Below are positions 12,941 through 25,280 of a DNA stretch of 64,000 nt, one piece after another. Origin of the DNA: the human T2T-CHM13v2.0 reference genome, Homo sapiens. Made by a program: the position numbers and the translations under genes. Each line of letters opens with the position of its first letter. The first letter of the stretch is position 1. The stretch lies in assembly GCF_009914755.1 (NCBI RefSeq), contig NC_060930.1; one strand, given 5' to 3'. Below the pieces are notes generated by a model. It did not search any database, was not told where the DNA came from, and saw nothing but the letters and a program-made list of their open reading frames with translations.

Positions 12941-14188
12941 TTTTAAAGAAAAGGCACACTTTATTATGAGAGAACACATGGCCGAATATGATGGGAGTGT
13001 GGTTCAGGCAGTTTCTTCTTTTGTAAGCTTTCATAAAACAGCCTTCTTTTTATACATAAAGTATGTTTTCTGAAAGGTTAGATTTGATTACCAGCTGCCA
13101 AAAGGAATTTCTTCAGAGCATTTATCCTTATGATCTGAGTATCTCCAAAGTTAAATGCAATAGTATGGAGCAATACCAGTTTAGGTCACAGTTTTTCAGC
13201 AAAATTTGATGGAGTTGTTTTAAGTGGTTTCCGTTAAAAAAACAAACCTTTGAATCAATGTGTAAACATTCTGCAATTCTACCTTATATTCTACCCTCAC
13301 ACTTCCTAGTATTAATATGAACTGTATGTTTGGAAACATTTGTGCCCTGTCAAATGGTGTTGACATTCTTAACTCTGGTCGTAGGTCCTTTTAGGAATGT
13401 CTGTAGCCTTTTGATTGGAATGGAGTGGCTAAAATAAGACAAAAATCTCTAATAGTTTTTGAATGATAAATTACTACCTCGTTACTTTGTATAGACTGGA
13501 ATCTGCACAGAAATGTGTATTCATCAGCCCTTATTTTTTGTAAATCTTTTCTCTAATTACTTGATGATTAATTTCATATTTTTCCTTTTGAACATTACAT
13601 GCTGCTTATTACTAAGATTTTTTTCTCCAGATGACCTATTCTACCTGTTAGTTCACCAAGTCAGTCATATGTTGCCGGTTGCCAAGTGGCAAAATTATCA
13701 CAGATATCAAACTCAGAAAATGTCAGGTAACAACAGCAGTAACTGCTTTCCAACCTGCAGTGGTGGACTGGGAGTGGGAAGTGAAAGTTCTGTTCACAAT
13801 TGTATCAGTAACTGTTTTGGGAAAAATAATATTTTTTCAAGTTATGCTATCAACAGTACTAAATTGTTAGGATAGTAATTTTCCATGGCATTGTTTAGAA
13901 CCTATTTTATGCCCAATTTTGAGATCTGTATAGACTTGAAAGCAGTTAAACACAAATTAAGGTTAATTTTTTAATTTGATCAGTTAATATGAGTACATGG
14001 TTTTAAAAAGTCAAATAGTTCTACAAGGTTCATAAGCAAAAAGCAACAGGCTTCTGCACTACTCTTCTCTCCAGAGGCAACCATTTTTAATTCTTTTAGA
14101 TATTTAGGATATTTGCCTTCATGTTTGTGATATGCATATGCTATGTTTTAAGTTGCACATATTGTAATATCTATTGATGTCTTACTAT

Positions 14189-14804
14189 AAAAGATAAGGA
14201 TTTAGCTCTTACCAGCCTGTTCTCCTCTCCTCTCACCTTCTCTTTCTACATTCATGCAATAATTTTTGGTTTAAATCTATGTTCAAGTTTTACATTGTTG
14301 AATCATATAAATAAGTTGTAGCTAAGCCATGTAATACAATATGGTTACATTGCTTTGTATAATTTTTATTTTTCCTTTGATTAATAACTTGATTTTTTTC
14401 TTATTTGTACCTATCCCTAATTCATTCCCAACTGAATTTTAAACATTTTAAAGTTCAGCTTACACATTGATTTTTAAAATTGTGTTTACACGTTGATTTT
14501 AAAATGTAAGCATTAGGGATAGGTAAAAAGTGAATAAGCAAAGTGAATAAGCACATTCTGTGAATAAGCACTGAACTAATGGAGTTAAAACATGAATCAA
14601 AATATATACAGATAAATTAGATGTAGGAAAAACAATCAGAACCTTCAGTGACATTTTACAATCTTATCAAAAAGATATGTTAGCATTTAGACTATTTCAG
14701 GTAATATAGTAAACAGTTGATTCCCCGTAAGCAATGTATCAAAGAAATAACTATCAAAATAACTGCATTTATGTATAGTGTGTACTAAAATCTCTAGTGT
14801 TAAC
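14189..14804 (-). other. EYS: EYS 3'UTR (distal boundary approximate)
   Basis: Follows the EYS stop on the - strand; - strand AATAAA at 14365-14370; distal end not determinable from sequence alone. Confidence 0.5.
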
Positions 14805-16006
14805 TTATGTAACCTCATTTTGTTCATCTCCATCATAAACATTGTATCCTTCTAATTTAATTAGTTCAATGTTTTTTGGTTCCTGAAAAAATACAACATC
14901 TTTAATTTTGCCAACAAAATTGGTTTTAAAAATCTCTTGAGTAACGATATTTACCTTTCTACCATATTCAAAGCCCCCTAGATAACAAATGCCATCATAG
15001 TTTAGAGCCACAAAGTTTTTATGTGGATCAATATCCTCGGAAAGAATTAGACTGTTATTTATGTAGGCCTTGATAAGAGTCTGATTTTGAATTACAACTA
15101 CATGGTGCCATTTATTACAACAGAATGTGCCATTGTTATAGCTCATAGGCACAGAGATTCTTTCTCCCAAGTTAACTGCTATTTTCAAGGTCTGATTATG
15201 GAGACCAATTGCCAGAAAATCATTTTCTTCATTTTGAGCTATTCCCATCCATACAATTAGACCTTCTGTTTTAGTGGTACTGAAATTTAAGGATATAGTA
15301 GTGAACTGGAGGTTTCTCATTCTATAATTTGGATCAATGTATTTAATGTAAGAATTACCCATAAATTTTGCAGTTGAAAATGAAGTTTTGTTTTCACAAT
15401 ACCTTCCCACCCAACCCAAAGTACACAGGCAACTGTAAGAAAATGATTGGTCAGGTATACATAAAGATTGGTGGAGGCAAAGATTATTCAAACAGGACAC
15501 AGACTGGTTACATGTATTTCCAGCCCAATCTGGCAAACATCTGCAAGAAAAAGTTGTGCCATTTACTGTACATTCACCTCCATTTCTGCATGTGTTGTAC
15601 CCACAGGCTGTCCCATCACAGTCACCTACATTTGAGCCACCTTTTGCTCCAAATTCAGTTAATTGTAATTCTTGATTATTTATGATAACTTGTCGGATAC
15701 AGCCTTGAAAACCTACAGGTTCATTTTCTATTGCCATGGGATTTACAAGATTTAAAGAAGATACTCCTCCAATATAGAAGTCTGTATTTGTGTCCAGAGA
15801 ACTCATTTTAGTGGAGGCCTTTTCTGTTACATTTATCCCATCTAGATCCAGGTAGCCTTCTGCACCAACTCTTCCTGCTTTTATTATATGCCAAGTACTT
15901 CCGTTTATAGTTACTTTTTGGAGAGTTTCTAGAATGATAGTTCTGTCGCCAAGGTTGTAGCGAAGTTGAACGGAACTATTTACTAAAGAGATGCATAAAA
16001 AATCAC
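14805..16006 (-). CDS. EYS: EYS terminal coding exon: end of LamG, two EGF-like repeats, final LamG domain, ends ...EQNEVT*
   Basis: - strand acceptor ttgcag|GT at 16007-16008; 1202 bp open to TAA; CRNGGEC/CLCTLGWVGRYC EGF and YIGG/YLGG LamG motifs. Confidence 0.97.
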
Positions 16007-16499
16007 CTGCAAGAAAGCAAACAGTAAGTTTGATTAGCAACAGTAAAAGTTTCCATTGAAAACTTTTGCTGTTTCTGGCCAAGTTGGATAAGTTTTAGTT
16101 ATGGGGAAAAAAGTAACAGATCTTGAGCACAATTGTGTTAGTTTTGTTTCCACTCACAGAGCAAAATGCATATATCCTGTATTCTTTCATTTTGTTCAGC
16201 AATTGGCTACATAAATTTTCTCTAGTTGTGGACAGTTCTCATTGAATGAATATATTGTGGTAGTAAGTTAAAGTGAGGTTTTTCTTCAAATGAAAGCCTG
16301 TTCCTTATGATACCATTTAATGGCATTCACTATTGTCAGGCTAGGTACCTATAAATTCTCTGCACATTCCTGGCTCCTTTCCTGTCTCTCCAACCTTACC
16401 TGGAATGTTCTCTTTCCCCATCCTTACACTCTCTTTACTTCAACAACACTGACTTTGTTAATTAAGGATTTCATTCGCCTGTTTTCTAGGAACACTCCG

Positions 16500-17290
16500 C
16501 CACCCCATTCCACCTCAACTAGATAACTCCTACCTGTCCTTCAGGTTTCAGATCAAGTGTCACTTCCTCAGAGAAGTTTTCCTTGATTTCCCAGAGCTGG
16601 TCAGGAATTTTTTTCTGTCAGTGCCTTAATATCACTAGGTTTCCCTCCATTACAGTATATCTCATTTTATAATTATATAGTCGTGTGAAGAAATAGGAAC
16701 AAATACCATCCAGCATCTGAAGTTGCAATGAGGCATTCAGAAGAAAAGTAAAGGCAATTCTGCAAGCTTGGAAAAAGCATGTTCTTCACTGTAAGATTGC
16801 TTGAAGAGGATAGCAAAATGACTTATTAATAATGAACCACGCAGAAGTCTCCACGAAACATTTTCTTCTCCCTCTGAAATTTCCCAACCTTTTTCTTTTC
16901 TCATCCAGGGATATTCGGCATTATGCTACACTACTTCTTCCTCCCTCCAGAGTGCCTATTTCCACACCTCCCTCCTGCAAATGGTGTTCTTTCCTTCTAT
17001 TCTCCATTGTGGTCTATACCAAGCCATTCTAGACTGGTTGGAATGTTTGGCAGCTCTATAGTTCTTCACCTATCAAACTACGTTCTCTAGCTTTATTTTC
17101 CTCATAGGGAATTTTTAGTGAGTATACTATGTCGTTACATATGTGATATTTGGTTAACAGCTGCTTTATCCACTAGGTTGTAAGCTTTATGAGAACAGGG
17201 TCTGTGTTTGGTTTGGTCCAACAGTTGATTCCCAGCACCCAAAACGGTATCTGGCCCATAAATAGATGCTAAATAATTATTAAATAAAGA
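16500..17290 (+). mobile_element. L2 3'-end fragments (about 16500-16680 and 17150-17290)
   Basis: TGTCACTTCCTCAGAGAAG; TGTAAGCTTTATGAGAACAGGG...CCCAGCACCC...ATAAATAGATGCT L2 tail. Confidence 0.65.
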
Positions 17291-17996
17291 AATACGTTTG
17301 TAGGGTTGTGGGTTGAGATGACTCAGAATATTTCTCAAATAATAGTTTTAGCTTGAAAGCAAAAACTTTTTTCCTATAATGACATGAAAATTGTTTTAAA
17401 AATTCATAACAAAGAAACTCAGTTTATTTGCATAATTTCTAACATGTATAGCATTTTTAACTATAAGGAAAGAGAAGCAACATTATAAACTTTCAGATTA
17501 GGAAAGAAAAAATATACATTGGGTTATACCACCAAAAACTGGAACAAGTAAACATAATTGATAATTAAGTTCAAAAAATTTATAGCAACCTAAATATACT
17601 TTGTGGCCTGCAAGTGAACACAAACCAGTTATCTTTTGCAAGATTATGGAGGAAGCTTTTCTTGCTCCTTGTGTTGTAGAGTGTTCCTGTAGTAAACAAT
17701 TTTATAGTGAAGAGCTACATTAGAATAAAAAATATCTAAGAAATGATTAGGAAAGCTGAAGCTGTGATCTATACTATCACTGGTCATGTTGCCAACCAGA
17801 AGAAAGAGCAAGGATAGCTTCTGCGAAGAAAGGATTATTTTAACTCAGCTAGTATGTTCTTACGAAAAATTGACAAAAAGTTTTCTTTCTGTGGCTATGG
17901 AAGCTAAAAGCTGTATTAGCTTAAAAAATCATAGACTTTTAAATTTCATTGCGTTAGGATATGATGCTCTAGTTATGGGTCATAAGTACACATTGG

Positions 17997-17997
<1 letters not shown>

Positions 17998-18036
<39 letters not shown>

Positions 18037-18306
18037 TTGAGACCAGAGTCCTGCTCTGTCCCCCAAGCTGGAGTGCAATGGTGCAATCTCGGCTCACTGC
18101 AACCTCCATCTCCCGGGCTGCCTCAGTTTCCCGAGTATCTGGGACTACAGGCACTGGCCATCACGGCCGGCTAATTTTTGTATTTTGGGTAGAGCGAGGT
18201 TTTACCATGTTGGCCAGGCTGGTCTTGACCTCCTGACTTCAGGTGATCCGCCCACCTCGGCCTCCCAAAGTGGTGGGATTACAGGCATATGCCACTGCAC
18301 CTGGCC
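17998..18306 (-). mobile_element. AluS with (ATT)n tail microsatellite and a small internal deletion
   Basis: (ATT)~13 then GAGACCAGAGTC...AGGTGATCCGCCCACCTCGGCCTCCCAAAG...CTGGCC. Confidence 0.93.
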
Positions 18307-20718
18307 TTGGATTCGCATTAGAGTAAGAAAATGTAATGAACAGTCCTTACAAGAAACAGAGCTCAAATAGGATAAAGATCATAAATGAATTCACTTTGGC
18401 TATTTAATGCCCACTCAACCATGGCTGAGGCTTCTCCCACCTTTGTTCTGCTATTGTTTCTACCTCATCATCTGCTATCCCACCGTGCTTTATTATAGAT
18501 AAGAGAAACCTTGTAGGACCTAATATTTGTGAAGAGACTACAGAATCAGCATATCAGGGGAATTGTATATACATTTTTTTCTGTAGAAAAGGAAAGCAAT
18601 GGTAATTTAAACTTATTTATATATTTTTAATATAGTTTAATTATTTGAGTATGTTTTAACTTCACATTGCAATGACTAGGCCTTTTTATACACGTTGGGA
18701 GGATTATAACTATATCAGATGAATTCAGGCTTTGATTAATTTGTGCTTAACAAAATGTTGATAATTTTTATATATCAAAAATCTTTTAAAGGTGTTAAAT
18801 TTTTAGCAGAAATAGATGAAAAGGGACCAGAGTCTTATTTCTTTAAAATATCTTTCAAAAATCAGAGATCTGAGATCATCTAGTATAATTTTCAAGTTAT
18901 CATTTTGTTTTAAATTTTACACTACTTGAGAGTACTCAAATTATTAACCTCTAAAGAGATACAGAAACCATGTTAATTTAGAATTTGGTTTTCAATATGT
19001 GAAAACCACATTGGCTGCTTTTATTAAAATTTTTGGATTTTAACTTTGTGTATTGTTTGGTTAGTTTTTACTAATAGGTCCTCTTAGCAGAGGATCAACT
19101 ATGAAGACTTGGTTAATGTTTACATCAGGCACAGTTCTTAGAGAAGGTACAAAGTACAGGACTGTCAGCTGCATTTTCTGCAACCTTAAATAAATGAGAG
19201 ACTTCAAATAAACTTGTTATATCACTTGATTACTAAAAAATAAGTTTATGCCTTTCATCTGATAATTGTTTTTGGTTAATCTAGGTTTAAGCATGTAGAA
19301 CTTATATTTTTAATATTTAAAAATTTTCATGATTTTCTTATATAAGTGTCAAATGCAGCATCAATCGTGTGAAACTAATGAATCTCTGTAAGTAGTGTCT
19401 GATGGCATAAAAAAGGAAACTCTTGATTGTCTTGAACTACATGCATTGAATAACAGATGTAAGAAGATGTGCTCTTGCCCTCCTATGTGTATTAGTGTGT
19501 ATGAGCTTTATATTTCATATACACAAACAAATATGTATCGTTGTACTGATTATAAAACTGTAGTACAATATTCCCAGCCAGTCACAATCCTGAATATACC
19601 TTGATTTTCTGCCCTCTTACATAGGTCCCACTTAACATTAATTTTGAGTTTTATTAGCAATATAACTGAAGCTGATTGTCTTTTAATGTCTCTTGATTTA
19701 TAAATAGAAAATTTATGTTTGTATGTGGTTCTCCTATTTGACATTTTCACAGGGAGATTTAATCATGAATTTAAAACCAAATATCTCAGGAGAACAAATT
19801 TCTTCTGAGCTGTATTTTATAGCTCAATTGTACTTTTTCTCTTTGAAATTATTTTGAGGGTATTTCAGAAGTGCATTGAGGTGGAACCACTTTGGTCGAA
19901 TTCCCTGATATTCTTATCATTTAGAAGCAAGTCAAGACACTTCTATAAGAACTACTTAGATTATGATCATTAGAGCACCATTTTTGCTAATGATGTGAAA
20001 TTTAGCAAATGTAATTATTTCTCAATATCAAAATTGTTTCTCATTTTCTGAGAGACAAGATCAAAGAAAGTCAAATGTAAGATTTTAAAAATACTTAGCA
20101 ATAGAGATGTAACTATATGTGCAGATGTCTTTGTCAGAATTTTGGAGAAATGAATGAAAATGGATATCAAGGGTAAAGTAAAACCTAAAAAATTAAATTT
20201 TAAAACACTAATTGGATACTTTATTTCATATTTTATGATAAATATGTACCTTTTAAAATCCTAAAATGTTTTTGTAAGCATTTCAGAACACAAATCCTGG
20301 GTTTACTGTTTGGATGACAGAACAACTTAAAGAGAATTTTTGGAGCTATAAATGTGGTTGAATCTACAGGAAATGTATCAGCCATGCCTTCCTTTTAAAA
20401 AATCTTTTATATGCATATTTTGTCTCCTTTGACATAGTACTATCGTGCATGGCTTTAATGTCTTTTTTGATGGTATTGTTTTTAAGTTGAGCATATACTA
20501 TATTTAGATTTTGCAAACTTTAATTCCAACAAATCTGTTGCTATTTTATTAGAATATCTAGGGCTTCTAAATTCATACGCATACACTTGCAGTGACAATA
20601 GAACATAAAAGCATCAAATGTTTACATATTTAAATACTAGGTGACACAAACACTATCATACATTACTTAATAGACTATTAGGAATTCATTCTGCAAACAA
20701 ACAGCCTGCCAATCTTAC

Positions 20719-20880
20719 CTGATTGGGCTTTTAAGTGTTGTGCAGCATAAAATAGGATACCATCTGCAGCGAGAGGCTGAAACTGCAATTGAATATGTGT
20801 CTTTTTTCGAACATGAAAGGAAGCAAAAGACATCCAGGATAACTCATTGCTTCTGAAAGATGGATCACTTATGGATAAAG
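20719..20880 (-). CDS. EYS: EYS penultimate exon, 162 bp (ALSISDPSFRSNELSWMSF...DGILFYAAQHLKAQSG), start of LamG domain
   Basis: Polypyrimidine tract then ccctcag| acceptor; G|gtaag donor; phase 1/1; within ORF 20678-20935. Confidence 0.96.
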
Positions 20881-21788
20881 CTGAGGGAAGGAGAGAAAGA
20901 GAACTCTGGGAGTTATCTGCTGGATTAAAAAACATTGCTCATAAATACAATAAACTGCTTATGTAATTTTGTAATTTCAGGATTTATCGCCCAAGAGTTG
21001 CTTGTAGGTGAGTACATCAAACCTTGGTAACTTTGTGAGTCTGTTTTAATTCCACTAACTTTAGGGTTTTGTAACGAAGTCACTTACTGAAAAGCCTTCT
21101 CTTGCTTCTGGTAACTATGCCTTTTTGGCCGATACTATCTGACACAAATCTTCTGCTCTAGATTGCATTATATAGAGGGATCAGATGCATAGCTGAAATT
21201 CTTGGAAATGTCTTACATTTATAATGCTTTCAGAAAGTTCAAATGTTGGAAGATAGAGGACAACACTTTATAAGTTATTCTTCAGCCTCTATATTTCTGA
21301 TTCAAATACAGAGTATAATTGAGTCAGGATATATTATAAGGCATAATATATTGATTTTTTTTTTTGCTTCTGTGTATAACTGACCCAATGGGAATTATGA
21401 GAGGGAGATGGAAAGTTCTGCACATTTGGCCAGTTTTTATCCCTATGAAATCTATATTCCTTCTTCTTTTCTTATAATGTTACAGTGCTTCTTAGAGTGC
21501 GCCCTGGTTCAGGACATAGCTTAGCCATTAATCTAGTTATTTAGTTTTCTCCCTGCTCTGTGGACCAGGCGTATGCTAACGGCTCCTTTTACTTTAGATT
21601 GAATAATTGGTAGGTGTTTATCCAAGAGGTGTTGGCATTTGCTGATTTTTTTTAAAAAACTGTACTCATTCATTTCGACTTATTGCTATTCAGAAGGGTA
21701 GAGGTTAGAATCACCTGATCGTGTTGCCAAGAATGCAAAGCGCTATACCTCATTCCTAGAGGGCCTGATTTATTAAAGCCAGGATGGA

Positions 21789-21905
21789 GGCTGGGCACGG
21801 TGGCTCACTCCTGTAATCCCAGCACTTTGGGAGGCTGAGGCTGGAGGATTGCTTGAGCTCAGGAGTTTGAGACCAGCCTGAGCAACATGGCGAAACACCA
21901 TCTCT

Positions 21906-21964
<59 letters not shown>

Positions 21965-22153
21965 TATGTTAGCTGGGCATGGTGGCGAATGCCTGTGGTC
22001 CCAGCTACTGGGGAGGCTGAAGTGGAAGGATCAGTTGAGCTTGGGAGGTGGAGGTGGGGGTGGAGGTGGGGGTGGAGGTTGCAGTAAGCTGAGATGGCAC
22101 CACTGCACTCCAGCTTGGGCGACGGAGTGGGACCCTGTCGTAAAAAAAAAAAA
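21789..22153 (+). mobile_element. AluJ with expanded A36(TA)n linker and (GGRGGT)6, inserted in a MER5-like hAT relic (about 21690-22250)
   Basis: GGCTGGGCACGGTGGCTCAC...GGATTGCTTGAGCTCAGGAG (J-type); degenerate duplication AAAGCCAGGATGGA / AAATGCTGGGATGGGA. Confidence 0.92.
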
Positions 22154-22629
22154 TGCTGGGATGGGATTCAGAAAGCATCCCCATTTTTAATAAACCCTCC
22201 TGGTGTTTCTGACATAGGGGTTCCTTGGACCACATTTTCATAAAATCTGGTTAAAATTTTAAGAACACAAGGGTGATTTAAAATGTGAGTGTCCTTTTGA
22301 AACTTTTTAAAATATTGCTAAATTAATACATGTTTATTATAAGACAAACAATATAAAAGTGTATAACATTTTTTAAGTGAAATTTCATTGTTTCTCCTCT
22401 CTTAATCCCAAGAATTACTGTTAAGTTTATTGTACATGTAGCCAGACTTTAAAAAAATACACATACAATTAACATATGCATATATCTAATACTTGATTTA
22501 TTTTAAATAAAACCACATTTTATATAAACTATGCATAAGTAATTGCTTTTTTCCATCTATCTTTGTGAAACTGATATTAGCATATTTTGCCTATCACTTC
22601 TTTTAAATACATGGAAGGTATTTTTAAAA

Positions 22630-23865
22630 GTACACTTTATTTTTTCAGAGCCATTTTAGGTTCACTGCAAAACTGAGTGGAAAGTATTAGGGTTTCCATA
22701 TACCCCTTGTCTCAACACATGCGCAGCCTTCTCCACTGTCAGTATTGCCCACTAGAGTACATTTGTTAAATGGATGACTCTATATTGACACATCATTATC
22801 ACATAAGTTCATCATTTACATAGGATTCACTCTTCACGTACATTCTATGGATTTTGACAAATGCGTTGTGAAATTTATTTACCATTACAGTATCATACAT
22901 AAAATCATACATCATATCCTCTTTGCTTGCCTATTTGACTCTCCCTCCACCCTGGCAACCACTGATCTTTTTTTACTGACTTCATGGTTTTGCCTTTTCC
23001 AGTATATCATATAGTTGGAATCATACAGTTTGAACACAAGTTTTCAGCTCCTTTGGACAAATACCAAGGAACACAATTGCTTGATCATATGGTAAGAGCA
23101 TTTTTAGTTTTGTAAGAAACTGCCCAATTGTCTTCCAAAATTGTTGTACAATTTTGCATTACCAGTAATGAATGAGAGTTCCTATTGTTCCATATCCTTG
23201 CTGGCTTTAGGTGATAAGTGTTCGGGTTTTAGCTATTCTAAAAAGTATCTAGTGTTATCCAATTATTATAATTTGTAATTTCCTAATGATGTAAGATGTT
23301 GAGCATTTTCATATGCTCATTTGCCATCTGAATATCTTCTGTAGTGAGGTTTATGTTTAGATATTTTGCCCATTTTAAAAATTGAGTTAATTTTTGTGTT
23401 GAATTTTAAGAATTCCTTGTTTACTTTGGATAGCAGTTCTCTATCAGATATATATTTTGCAAATATTTTCTGCCAGTCTGTGGCTTGTATTCTCACTCTC
23501 TTTCATGTGTCTTTGACAGATTAGTTTTTTAATTTTAATGAAATCTAATTTATCAATTTTTTTCTTTCATGGATTCTGCCTTTGGTTGGCATCTAGAAAC
23601 TCATCATCAAACTCAAAGTCATCTAGATTTTCTCTTATATTTTCTTCTAGGAGTTTTATAGTTTTTTATTTTACATTTAGGCCTTGAATCCATTTTGAGT
23701 TAAATTTTGTGAAAGATGTCATGTCTGTGTCTAGATTCTTTTTTTTTTTTCTTTTTGCATGTGGATGTCCATTTCTTCTAGCATCATTTGTCGAAAAGAT
23801 TATCCTTTCCCCATTTTATTCTTCTTCCTCTTTTGTCAAAGAGCAGTTGACTCTATTTTGTGGCA
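22630..23865 (-). mobile_element. L1MC-type LINE 3' portion
   Basis: ACTTTATTTTTT.AGAGC..TTTTAGGTTCAC.GCAAAA; CCCTGGCAACCACTGATC; antisense ORF2 C-terminal remnants. Confidence 0.8.
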
Positions 23866-23959
23866 TAATATTTTATAAAATGGATATAGGATGATTTCCT
23901 TAGCAGTTCCCTCATTGAAGGGTAACTAGGCTATTTTCAGTTGTATTCCATTTCTCCTG

Positions 23960-24690
23960 GTTTCCCACCCTATCTCTCTAGCTTCATGTGCCCCTGTCTT
24001 ATAAATTTTATAATTCCTCAGGGCTTTCCATAGCCCATCTCTCTTCTTTTCTTTCCATTAGTGACCTCTCATCTAATTCCATGACTTTAAGAAATACCTA
24101 TACATATGATAACTCCTTGAAAATTTACATCTATCTAAACCTCTTCTGTCAGCTTCAGTTTTATATAGTCATCTCTCTTATTGATTATTTGTTTTGGCTA
24201 TATGAGTTATATCGAACTTAACATGTTTGAAGTTGTACTGCTGAAAGATACTCTTCCCTCAGCCTTCCTCAGATCAGCAAATGGTCCCACCACCCATTCA
24301 AAGCCCCATGTAGAAACTTGGTAATCAATTTGATTGTGCTGTTTCCAAAATTTCCTTTATGTTTCCCAATATAATGCATTAATAGATTATAGCTGCATGA
24401 TATATTTCATATTTGCCCCATCTTTCTATTACCACTGCCACCATCCAAGTTGATGCCACTATCAACTCTTGATTAGACCATTGCAATGTACTCCTCATTG
24501 ATCTTTTTACTTTTTGTCTTAATCTCTTCACATACATTTTATATATCTGCCAGAGAAACCTTTTGAAAACATCAATTCATTGCCCTCTTTAAACCCTTCA
24601 GGGATTTTACTTAGAATAAAATGCAGATTCTTTACCATAGCCTCTGGAGCTTTGCATGATTTGGCCTCCTGTTAAATTCCCAACATTCCC
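23960..24690 (+). mobile_element. L2 fragment
   Basis: CAGCAAATGGTCCCACCACCCA..., ACTTAGAATAAAATGCAGATTCTTTACCATAGCC. Confidence 0.6.
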
Positions 24691-24696
24691 ACCATT

Positions 24697-24790
24697 GTGC
24701 ATATGGTGCACTGCATAACCCCAAGGGGAAGTCATCACATTGTAATTTATGTGAATAGTGTTCCCTGGAGATGTTCAATGAACAATCTAC
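24697..24790. mobile_element. MER91-like palindromic MITE
   Basis: TGTGCATATGGTGCACTGCATAACCCCAAGGGG..CACAT..ATGTGAA..CCCTGGAG imperfect inverted symmetry. Confidence 0.55.
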
Positions 24791-24955
24791 ATGGAAATAT
24801 GATGCTACTTTTCCTCCTTTTCTTTAAACTTCAGATGCACTGGCTTTTACTACTGGATTTGTCATAGTTTGATTATCTTAGATTAATTATACCACAATTT
24901 ACTTAACCACTGCCATGTTGCCATGTTTTGAGTTGCTTGAAATTATTTTGTTATC

Positions 24956-25280
<325 letters not shown>

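Noticed and set aside
13513-13875. 120-aa + strand ORF between the genes
   Set aside because: Low-complexity F/L/N composition typical of AT-rich noncoding DNA; no domain or exon context
16007-16082. N-terminal extension (MARNSKSF...) of the 425-aa ORF, resembling a signal peptide
   Set aside because: It starts at a non-ATG codon and is intronic polypyrimidine sequence upstream of the acceptor at 16006
21887-22241. Poly-Lys, poly-Gly and IY-repeat ORFs
   Set aside because: Translations of microsatellites inside an Alu
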